Source: an uncultured Dehalococcoidia bacterium (GTDB lineage: Bacteria; Chloroflexota; Dehalococcoidia; Lucifugimonadales; CAUZEB01). Taken from it: a stretch of DNA of 53,439 nt. Below are positions 30,295 to 38,522 of the stretch, piece after piece; within the stretch, counting starts at the first letter, position 1, and every line of letters begins with the position of its first letter. Location of the stretch: contig CAYSLK010000012.1 in NCBI GenBank assembly GCA_964431885.1, positions 1 to 53,439 on the forward strand, in the 5' to 3' direction. Below the pieces are notes generated by a model. That model saw only the letters and a list, made by a program, of their open reading frames with translations. It made no database searches and had not been told where the DNA came from. The position numbers were made by a program, and so were the translations under genes.

Positions 30295-31860
30295 ATGCTG
30301 GATCTATTGATAAAGGGAGGAATGATTGTTGATGGAAGCGGTAACCCAGGGTATTACGGTACCATAGGCGTATCCAAAGACAGCATCACAATCTTCCGAG
30401 GGGATGTCGCATCTCTAGAAAGTAGGCGAATCATCGATGCTACTGGGAAAATAATAAGTCCCGGTTTTATTGATGTGCACGCACATTCGGCCTTGATGAT
30501 CCTAGATGACCCGATGCACATGCCTAAGGTTCATCAAGGAATCACAACAGAGTTAATAGGGATCGATGGTAATTCATATGCCCCATTTAAATCACAAAAG
30601 GATTTGGATGATTTCATAGATTTGAATTCCGGGCTTGAAGGACGGCCTGAGTTAACGAAGACTTGGTCAAGTGTATCCGAATATTTAGATATATATGACA
30701 GAAAAGTTTCAGTAAATATAGCCTACATCGTTGGAAATTCGCCGATCAGAATAGGGGGAGTTGGCTGGGACAATAGGAAGCCTACAAACGCGGAATTAGA
30801 ACATATGAAAGCTCTTCTGAGGGAAAGCATACAAGAGGGAGCCTTCGGTATATCCACTGGGCTGGATTACCCCCCTGGTAGCTATGCAGACACTAAAGAG
30901 TTAGTCGATTTATCAAAAGAAGTGGCGCGATTGGGGGGATTCTATCATACTCATGTACGTTATAGTTTAGGAGATAGATATCTAGACCCTTTTCAAGAAG
31001 CCTTAGAAATTGGATGGCGAAGCGGCATCCCGATTCATCTTACACATGTAATGCGCCGGGTTACATATCCGGGTGGTGGAAACCGCATTTTAGAAATGAT
31101 AGAGAATGCGCGAGACAAAGGTATGGATGTAACTTTCGATTGCTTCCCTTACCCAGTGGGAGGCACTCGCCTCTTAATAATTTTTCCCCAGTGGACACAA
31201 GATGGAGGCCCTGACAAGCTCAGGAAAGTCTTGGCTTCTGAAGAATCACGAAAACTCCTTAGAAAGGAAGTGGGGCCGCGAGGCTTGACCTGGGATGAAA
31301 TGTGGCTGACTTATTTCAACAAGCCTCAAAATAAGAGGTTTGAGGGTAAATCCATCGCTGCTGTATCTGATATGTTAGGTAAACATCCCGTCGACGCGAT
31401 ATGCGATCTTTTGTTGGACGAGAATTTACAAATATCTTATACCGGCTCAACTGCAGACGGTGGTACAATACACGACTTCGTAACTCATCCATTACAGATG
31501 ACAGGCAGTGACGCCCTTTTGCTGGGTGATTTTCCTCCTCCAATGGCCTACGGGACCTTTCCTATAATTCTGTCCCAAATAGTTAGAGACGAAAAGAGAA
31601 TGAAGCTTGAAGAAGCCATTAGAAAAATGACGGCATTCCCAGCTCAAAGACTCGGTATTCGGGATAGAGGACTATTACACGATGGCATGAAAGCTGACAT
31701 CACCATATTTGACGCTGAAACGATCAAAGCCCACTCCACCCGCCACAATCCTAAACAATTATCTACTGGAGTTGAATACGTAATTGTTAATGGACAAATA
31801 GTTATAGATCAAGGGCATCACACAGGAATATTGCCGGGTCGTGCATTAAGATACAGGTAA
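30295..31860 (+). CDS. N-acyl-D-amino-acid deacylase (D-aminoacylase) family amidohydrolase
   Basis: LLIKGGMIVDGSG..., PGFIDVHAHS (HxH), and family length and architecture. The ATG at 30295 lies 7 nt after AGGAG; the track ORF starts at a GTG at 30292. Confidence 0.8.
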   Translation: MLDLLIKGGMIVDGSGNPGYYGTIGVSKDSITIFRGDVASLESRRIIDATGKIISPGFIDVHAHSALMILDDPMHMPKVHQGITTELIGIDGNSYAPFKSQKDLDDFIDLNSGLEGRPELTKTWSSVSEYLDIYDRKVSVNIAYIVGNSPIRIGGVGWDNRKPTNAELEHMKALLRESIQEGAFGISTGLDYPPGSYADTKELVDLSKEVARLGGFYHTHVRYSLGDRYLDPFQEALEIGWRSGIPIHLTHVMRRVTYPGGGNRILEMIENARDKGMDVTFDCFPYPVGGTRLLIIFPQWTQDGGPDKLRKVLASEESRKLLRKEVGPRGLTWDEMWLTYFNKPQNKRFEGKSIAAVSDMLGKHPVDAICDLLLDENLQISYTGSTADGGTIHDFVTHPLQMTGSDALLLGDFPPPMAYGTFPIILSQIVRDEKRMKLEEAIRKMTAFPAQRLGIRDRGLLHDGMKADITIFDAETIKAHSTRHNPKQLSTGVEYVIVNGQIVIDQGHHTGILPGRALRYR

Positions 31861-31941
31861 CTACAAAACGACAGGTCCTAGACAATGAACCTGTCCTCAA
31901 CCATGGTTTATTTTAAAAACTACACGGTGATTGAGAAACAA

Positions 31942-33444
31942 ATGAGAAAACAAGGGTACATCCTTTCAGTAGACCAGGGAACTACTGGAACCACCGGAAT
32001 CATCATGGATGAGTATGGCAACATTTTGTGGAAAGCCTATCAAGAAATTCGCCAATTATACCCCATGCCGGGATGGGTAGAACATAACCCTCTCGATCTG
32101 TTCAATTCTTGTATTAACATCATAGAAGAACTTTTAGACGAAACAGAGATAAGCCTTGGCAAGGTTCTCGCATTAGGAATCACCAATCAACGTGAAACTA
32201 CTATCGTATGGGACAGGACCTCCGGCAAACCAGTTCATAATGCCATAGTATGGCAATGCAGAAGAACAGCCGGGATTTGTGAAGATCTAAAGAATAGAGG
32301 GTTAGAAGATGAGGTGCGTTCTAAAACCGGTCTAACAATTGATGGCTATTTCTCTGCTACCAAAATACGATGGATTCTCGATAATATACCCAATGGCCAA
32401 CGAAGGGCCGAAAACGGAGAATTAGCGTTCGGCACTGTTGATTCATGGATAATCTGGAATCTAACTAATGGAACCGTCCACTCCACAGATGTAACAAACG
32501 CTTCGCGCACTATGATTTTCAATATCAACACTCTGGATTGGGATGACGATCTTCTATCAGAACTCAATATCCCAAAGGCGATACTGCCTAAAGTATGTTC
32601 CTCCAACGAAATTCATGCCTACGCCGGTGGCAATTTCTTTGGAGGTCACAGCCCTCCCATATCAGGTGTCATAGGAGATCAGAACGCTTCACTTTTTGGA
32701 CAGGTATGTTTTTCTCCAGGTATGACTAAGAATACTTATGGCACAGGCTCCTTCATTTTAATGAACACAGGGAAGAAACGCCTGATGTCAGTGCCAGGCC
32801 TGCTCACTACTCCTGCGTGGTGTATTGATAACGACGTAACTTTCGCCCTAGAAGGTAGTATATTTTCGACTGGGTCCAGTGTCCAATGGTTAAAAGACGA
32901 GCTTTCATTTTTCTCTGATGTGGAGGAAATCGAAGCTCTGGCGGAGATGGTGGATGATAATGGTGGTGTATACATTGTCCCAGCGTTTACAGGCTTAGGG
33001 TCTCCTCACTGGGACATGGAAGTTAGAGGTGCCATTTTTGGGATTACCCGTGGTACAAATAAAGGCCATATATCGAGAGCGATTCTCGAATCAACCGCGT
33101 ATCAAACGAAAGATGTTCTCGATAGAATGATTAATTCAACGAATATAAATATCCCCCGTCTCCGAGTGGATGGCGGCGGAACAAATAACGATCTTTTGAT
33201 GCGAATTCAAGCGGAAGTACTGGATTTAAGTATTGAAGTTTGTTCCATCACGGAAACCACAGCCCTGGGAGCTGGATATCTTGCAGGACTAGGAATAGGT
33301 TTATGGAACACATATGATCAAATAACGGAATTATGGGAATCCAGTAGTTGTTTTATGCCTTCCCAATCAAGCCGACTTAGAGATGTCTTCTATACTAATT
33401 GGCAAAAAGCAGTTGCTTCCGCAAGAGGGTGGAGACCACTTTGA
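31942..33444 (+). CDS. glpK: Glycerol kinase
   Basis: YILSVDQGTTGT, NQRETTIVWD, GVIGDQNASLFGQ and LRVDGGGTNNDLLMRIQAE. The ATG at 31942 gives the usual N-terminus; the track ORF opens at 31885. TGA stop. Confidence 0.9.
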   Translation: MRKQGYILSVDQGTTGTTGIIMDEYGNILWKAYQEIRQLYPMPGWVEHNPLDLFNSCINIIEELLDETEISLGKVLALGITNQRETTIVWDRTSGKPVHNAIVWQCRRTAGICEDLKNRGLEDEVRSKTGLTIDGYFSATKIRWILDNIPNGQRRAENGELAFGTVDSWIIWNLTNGTVHSTDVTNASRTMIFNINTLDWDDDLLSELNIPKAILPKVCSSNEIHAYAGGNFFGGHSPPISGVIGDQNASLFGQVCFSPGMTKNTYGTGSFILMNTGKKRLMSVPGLLTTPAWCIDNDVTFALEGSIFSTGSSVQWLKDELSFFSDVEEIEALAEMVDDNGGVYIVPAFTGLGSPHWDMEVRGAIFGITRGTNKGHISRAILESTAYQTKDVLDRMINSTNINIPRLRVDGGGTNNDLLMRIQAEVLDLSIEVCSITETTALGAGYLAGLGIGLWNTYDQITELWESSSCFMPSQSSRLRDVFYTNWQKAVASARGWRPL

Positions 33445-33581
33445 TCGTATTCATATTAGTAAGCCAAACTTCCCTTGTGATTTACCAATAACTTAAAGAC
33501 AGCGAATAACCCTAATGCCGTAAATCTGTGCTCAAATAGGGTTCACCTAAATATTGAGATAAATACCCTTAAATATTAACG

Positions 33582-33610
33582 TTGACACACCTATAGCCGA
33601 ACTGTAATAT
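33582..33610 (+). promoter_or_regulatory. Near-consensus sigma-70 promoter of the SRP RNA gene
   Basis: TTGACA (33582-33587), a 17-nt spacer, then TAATAT (33605-33610). The RNA 5' helix starts about 7-9 nt downstream. Confidence 0.6.
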
Positions 33611-33616
33611 GAAGCC

Positions 33617-33886
33617 CTGGTCGTGCTAGGTGGGGAGATAGCGGTGCCCTATACTCGCAATCCGCTCTAGCGAGACTTAACTCCTCCCGGAGGTTTTTTT
33701 TCAGATCCTCTTTCCATGAAGGCCTGTGTTGAAAATCAGATCCTACGCGGCGGTAACCTGTGAATCCCGTCAGGTCCGGAAGGAAGCAGCGGTAAACAGT
33801 TATTCCGGGTGCCGTAGGCCAAACTGGTTTGAGCAGCTTTCACGAGATATGTCTCTGAAAAGAATCGAACGGAGGTGCACGACCTG
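33617..33886 (+). ncRNA. ffs: Signal recognition particle RNA, long (Bacillus-type, Alu-domain-containing) form, ~270 nt
   Basis: The domain IV core GUCAGGUCCGGAAGGAAGCAGCGGUAA lies at about 33770-33795. The 5' Alu-domain sequence GGUCGUGCUAGGUGGGGAGAUAGCGGUGCCCUAUACUCGCAAUCCGCUCUAGCGAG closely parallels my recollection of B. subtilis scRNA. The 5' GGUCGUGC pairs with the 3' GCACGACC (33877-33884). The ends are approximate. Confidence 0.85.
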
Positions 33887-33924
33887 TTCTTACCTTCCTT
33901 GATCTTGAACTATTTTGTTGATAC

Positions 33925-34773
33925 ATGCATCAATATAAAAACGATAGTAATCGAAGCAGAAGTAAGGTGCCTAAACGTGAACTAGGACAAAATTTTCTTG
34001 TCGACAAGCGTTTTTTGTCTAAGATCATTTCGGCCTCTGAAATTTCCTCTCTGGATACAATTCTAGAAATAGGTGCAGGTAAAGGTATTCTAACTCGTGA
34101 ACTAGCTAGATCCGCACGTCAAGTGTTAGCAGTTGAAATTGATCCTTGGTTGGTCTCAGACTTAAATTTCAAATTCGCGTCTACAGACAATATTAATATA
34201 GTAGAAGGCGATGCTAGACATATAGATTACGACGAGTTACTTTCATCAATTAACCGTTACAAACTCGTTGCCAACTTACCATATTATGCGGCCTCTCCTA
34301 TTCTCCGTAAATTCCTTGAAGCTGACAAAAAACCGTCGCTTATAGTAGTGATGGTTCAAAAAGAAGTCGCAGAGAACATGACGGCTAAACCTGGAAATAT
34401 GAGCTTGCTGTCAGTGGCTACACAACTCTATGGAAATCCTAGGATTATTGCTTCGGTACCTCCTAGGGCTTTTAGGCCATCACCCAAGGTCACTTCGGCA
34501 ATATTAAGGCTTGATGTTTATGCAAAACCTTTATTAGAGTTAGAGTCTATTAAGCCGTTCTTTTTTTTAGTGAAAGCAGGTTTCAGTTCGAAGAGAAAGC
34601 AGATTCACAACTGTCTTAAACAAAGTTTGGACATCTCTTCAGAATCAGTGATGGCAATATTAGATAGTGCCGAAATTGATGCCCAACGCAGACCACAAAC
34701 GTTGAGCCTATGTGAATGGGGTAGCCTTTATCGGGCATTTTCAATACACTATCCACATGTCTCGAAAAGCTGA
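33925..34773 (+). CDS. rsmA: 16S rRNA (adenine1518/1519-N6)-dimethyltransferase
   Basis: LGQNFLVD and the SAM motif LEIGAGKGILT, with a KsgA-like product over the full length. TGA stop. Confidence 0.9.
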   Translation: MHQYKNDSNRSRSKVPKRELGQNFLVDKRFLSKIISASEISSLDTILEIGAGKGILTRELARSARQVLAVEIDPWLVSDLNFKFASTDNINIVEGDARHIDYDELLSSINRYKLVANLPYYAASPILRKFLEADKKPSLIVVMVQKEVAENMTAKPGNMSLLSVATQLYGNPRIIASVPPRAFRPSPKVTSAILRLDVYAKPLLELESIKPFFFLVKAGFSSKRKQIHNCLKQSLDISSESVMAILDSAEIDAQRRPQTLSLCEWGSLYRAFSIHYPHVSKS

Positions 34774-35644
34774 CACAACTATAACTCTACAAGCACCCGC
34801 AAAAATTAATCTAACGCTGGAAGCTCTCGCTCGCAGAGAAGATGGTTACCATGAGATTATTTCGATAATACAGACGGTCAATTTATTTGACACATTAACT
34901 CTGGCACCCTCGAAGGATATTTCTTTAAAATGTAATCTCATAGAACTCGAATCCCCCGACAATCTGGCCTTAAAAGCTGCTCATCTGTTAGGCAAAAGAA
35001 TTGGTTGCAAAAAGGGTGTGCGAATATACCTCAATAAGTCCATTCCTCTATCGTCTGGCCTAGGAGGAGGTAGTAGTAACGCGGCTGCGATCCTAATAGG
35101 ACTAAACCTCTTATGGGACTTGAACCTTACGGATCTTGATCTAAGCCGTGTAGCCGAACAACTTGGATCCGATGTACCATTTTTCCTCACTGGAGGAACT
35201 GCGATGATTAGCGGGAGAGGAGAAAAGGTCAGAAAGCTGTCAAATAGTGTTTTAAAATGGGTGGTGATCCTAACTCCGTCAATAAAAATTGATGGCAAGA
35301 CCAAGATATCATATGCAAAGCTAAACTCTTCTCACTTTACCTCAGGCTCTCTTACTCGTAAACTGGAAGCTCGGCTTAGAGGAGGGGGTGATTTACCTCC
35401 ACAACTTTTATTCAACGTCTTCGACTCTACCGCTAGAGAATCATTCCCCGGATTATCCAAATATTGGGACATTTTCAGTAACCTAGGTGCAAGGGAAATT
35501 CATGTCGCTGGAAGCGGACCTTCACTCTATGCATTCGTTCCACGTAAAGAACTTGGCACAGCTATACAACTGCTACTGGAACACACCTATGGCTGGGAAT
35601 CTCACCTGGTTTCAACCTCTGATTCCGGCATATTGGCCACATAA
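34757..35644 (+). CDS. ispE: 4-diphosphocytidyl-2-C-methyl-D-erythritol kinase
   Basis: APAKINLTLE and the GHMP-kinase motif IPLSSGLGGGSSNAAA. The ATG at 34757 overlaps the rsmA end by 17 nt; the track ORF opens at 34712. Confidence 0.88.
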   Translation: MSRKADTTITLQAPAKINLTLEALARREDGYHEIISIIQTVNLFDTLTLAPSKDISLKCNLIELESPDNLALKAAHLLGKRIGCKKGVRIYLNKSIPLSSGLGGGSSNAAAILIGLNLLWDLNLTDLDLSRVAEQLGSDVPFFLTGGTAMISGRGEKVRKLSNSVLKWVVILTPSIKIDGKTKISYAKLNSSHFTSGSLTRKLEARLRGGGDLPPQLLFNVFDSTARESFPGLSKYWDIFSNLGAREIHVAGSGPSLYAFVPRKELGTAIQLLLEHTYGWESHLVSTSDSGILAT

Positions 35645-36060
35645 TGTCCGAAATTATTGCTGGATCGGTAAGTGGATTTCTGATGGCATTAATATTTGTC
35701 ACGTCCACCATCTTCGCCCTATTTTCAATGATGCTTAGTAACTCCCAGCCGGATGCTAATTTAAAGCCAAATAAATTATCGCCAAAAGTTTTGGTTACAT
35801 CTTTAATCGCTATAAGCTATCCACTATGGGCCATCATCGGAATCTTCATAAGTTTAATATACCAAATATGCCTAATGCACTTCCCTGGATCAGGGCTTGG
35901 AAGTCCGAATGTTACTTTCACTGTTAGTATAGCGATCTCTGGATCATTATTAGCCGCACCGCTCATATATCTGTTCCAACGCTTTTCCTTCCACATTTTA
36001 GTGGTCACCTTATCGTTCATTTTAATTTTTGGATGGTTTTTACCCCATTTCGTCGATTAA
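35644..36060 (+). CDS. Hypothetical integral membrane protein, 138 aa (~4 TM segments)
   Basis: There are four long hydrophobic stretches. Its ATG overlaps the ispE stop (TAATG). Confidence 0.55.
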   Translation: MSEIIAGSVSGFLMALIFVTSTIFALFSMMLSNSQPDANLKPNKLSPKVLVTSLIAISYPLWAIIGIFISLIYQICLMHFPGSGLGSPNVTFTVSIAISGSLLAAPLIYLFQRFSFHILVVTLSFILIFGWFLPHFVD

Positions 36061-36364
36061 ACCAATTACTCAGTAATAAAATCTATGGCATGAATTTAGA
36101 AATACCAGAAGGATTTTATCGGCCTAACCATATCAATAATTCACTGCTTACCTGAAATCACTGACCAAGCACAACCATCGATACCAATCCTCACTTTTAA
36201 CTACCAAGTTCGTCAGTAGACTTAAATACACAAAACAATATGATAATGCTAATACAAGTTTTGACTAGTCTACATTCACTATAGAACCGGCGTTCGTAAT
36301 CGTATTCTCGTATATTGAGAATTAGACATTAGTCAACAGAAACTGGACCAATTGGGGAAAACAA

Positions 36365-36393
36365 TTGACCATATAGGATTCCATACTTAAAAT
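36365..36393 (+). promoter_or_regulatory. Sigma-70-like promoter upstream of the acyl-CoA synthetase gene
   Basis: TTGACC, a 17-nt spacer, then TAAAAT, about 120 nt upstream of the ATG at 36511. Confidence 0.4.
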
Positions 36394-36510
36394 ATCTTTA
36401 AACATCCAAGTGAGCCTTGGTCTGGAATTTTCGATCAATATATCTACATAGAGCTTTCAAACAACTAATGTGAGAACTTATTAACCAATCACCAGTTTAG
36501 AGGGGATAAG

Positions 36511-38415
36511 ATGGAAACAATTAATCCAATTGTAACTCAGTGGTGCGAAAAAGCTTTAGAAGACCCACAACAATTTTGGTCAGAAGCCGCTACGAAATTG
36601 CACTGGTTTCGCAAATGGGATCATATTTATCAAGATAACTCCCCAACATTTAAATGGTTCTCTGGTGGACTGACAAACCTATCATACAACTGTCTTGACC
36701 ATCATGTTAATAACGGGTGGGGAGGTCACGCAGCTATAGCGTACGCTAACGAAAGAGGTGGAAGGCAAATCCTTACATACTCAACGTTACTTCACAGAGT
36801 AAAGGAGGCCTCGGCTGCACTAAGAGGCATGGGGGTCACAAAGGGAGATCGCATAACCATATATATGCCTGTTTGTCCAGAGGCTTTGATACTAATGTTG
36901 GCAACAGTCAGAATTGGTGCTATTCATTCGGTTATTTTCGCTGGATTTGGAGCTGGCGCTATAGCTGACCGAGTCAATGCTAGTGGGTCCAAACTCATAT
37001 TTACCACTGACATTACATATAGAAAAGGAAAGGACATAAACTTAAAGGAGATCATCGATTCTGCAATCGAGTTGGGTTTAGACTCAGTCGAACATGTGAT
37101 TATACTTCCCAGAGGAAAAGAGAAAATAAATCATACGAATGGCAGATATGTTTTATGGTCTGATTTCCTTAAGCATGGTATGAATCAAGATAATCATTAT
37201 GAATTAATGGAGTCCAATGATCCAGCGTATATACTTGCAACATCCGGCACGACTGCAAAACCTAAACTAGTCGTCCATGTACACGGTGGCTATCAAGTTA
37301 ATATATTCAGTATGGGACGTTGGTGTTTTAACATAAAGCCAACTGATGTTTGGTGGGCTATGTCTGATATTGGTTGGGTGGTGGGTCACAGTTACATACT
37401 GTACGCCCCATTACTTTTAGGTAGCACGACTATCGCTTACGAGGGAGCCATTGACCATCCGGAGCCAGACTCTGTTTGGAAACTCATAGAAGAATTTGGC
37501 GTAACAGGCCTTTTCACATCGCCTACGGCGGTAAGATCACTAATGAGATACGGAGAAGACTTGACTGAAAAGTACGGGGTCCCGTCCCTCGATCGAGTCT
37601 TTTGCGCGGGAGAAGTCTTAAATGTTCCCGCATGGGAATGGTTACAAAAAAAGGTGCTCAAAGGCCGGGTGCCTGTAATGGACCATTGGTGGCAAACTGA
37701 AACTGGCGGCCCAGTTGTTGGTAATCCATTTGGTCTTTCGATCCTGCCCATAAAACCTGGTTCGGCTGGAATTGCTTTACCAGGGATAGACTTGGCTGTA
37801 ATGACGCCGGATGGACTACCTTGTCCGGTTGGAGAGAAGGGGATTCTAGTAATAAAATCACCCTTCCCTAGCTTAACACCGGGGCTATGGGGAGAAGACG
37901 AGCGCTACAAAAAAGACTATTGGGGACATATACCGGGAGTATACTTTACAGGGGACGCGGCCCATATAGATGAAGACGGTTATGTGTGGTTTGCGGGCCG
38001 CGCTGATGAAGTTATTAAGATCGCAGCTCACCGGCTTGGTACCATCGAAGTAGAAACGGCGTTTATGAAGCATCAGGCTGTGGCAGAAGCGGGTGTCACG
38101 GGTAGGCCAGATGAAGTAAGGGGAGAGGTCATATCCGCATTCGTAGTTTTGAAAGATAATTATAGACAATCTAATAACTTAAAGAAGGAATTGATCCAAA
38201 CCGTGCGAAGAGAACTCGGCCCTATAGCAGTTATCGGTGATCTGAATTTTGTAGATATGATTCCTAAAACTAGAAGTGGTAAAATCATGCGCCGTGTATT
38301 TAAATCTGTTGTTTTAGATCAGGATCCGGGCGATATAACAACTATAGAAGATGAAGGGTCTGTGGATGAAGCTCGTCAAGCGTGGCAGAAAATGAAGGAA
38401 GCTCTTAATAATTAA
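36511..38415 (+). CDS. Acetyl-/propionyl-CoA synthetase-family AMP-forming ligase, 634 aa
   Basis: WFSGGLTNLSYNCLDHH, the AMP-binding motif ILATSGTTAKPK, WWQTETGG, and the C-terminal PKTRSGKIMRR. Confidence 0.85.
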   Translation: METINPIVTQWCEKALEDPQQFWSEAATKLHWFRKWDHIYQDNSPTFKWFSGGLTNLSYNCLDHHVNNGWGGHAAIAYANERGGRQILTYSTLLHRVKEASAALRGMGVTKGDRITIYMPVCPEALILMLATVRIGAIHSVIFAGFGAGAIADRVNASGSKLIFTTDITYRKGKDINLKEIIDSAIELGLDSVEHVIILPRGKEKINHTNGRYVLWSDFLKHGMNQDNHYELMESNDPAYILATSGTTAKPKLVVHVHGGYQVNIFSMGRWCFNIKPTDVWWAMSDIGWVVGHSYILYAPLLLGSTTIAYEGAIDHPEPDSVWKLIEEFGVTGLFTSPTAVRSLMRYGEDLTEKYGVPSLDRVFCAGEVLNVPAWEWLQKKVLKGRVPVMDHWWQTETGGPVVGNPFGLSILPIKPGSAGIALPGIDLAVMTPDGLPCPVGEKGILVIKSPFPSLTPGLWGEDERYKKDYWGHIPGVYFTGDAAHIDEDGYVWFAGRADEVIKIAAHRLGTIEVETAFMKHQAVAEAGVTGRPDEVRGEVISAFVVLKDNYRQSNNLKKELIQTVRRELGPIAVIGDLNFVDMIPKTRSGKIMRRVFKSVVLDQDPGDITTIEDEGSVDEARQAWQKMKEALNN

Positions 38416-38522
38416 GATGGCCCCTAATATAGGGATGTAAATGAATACAGCAAACTGTATACCTGGATTTTTGAAGTCAGGAAAGTGAAAACCAACTCGA
38501 GCATAGGTCAGGTCACCTGTAA

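Noticed and set aside
33681-33701. A hairpin CTCC-TCCC-GGAG followed by T8 looks like an intrinsic terminator.
   Set aside because: It lies inside the SRP RNA and corresponds to a conserved Alu-domain helix plus linker when compared with the Bacillus-type SRP RNA. The universal domain IV lies downstream of it.
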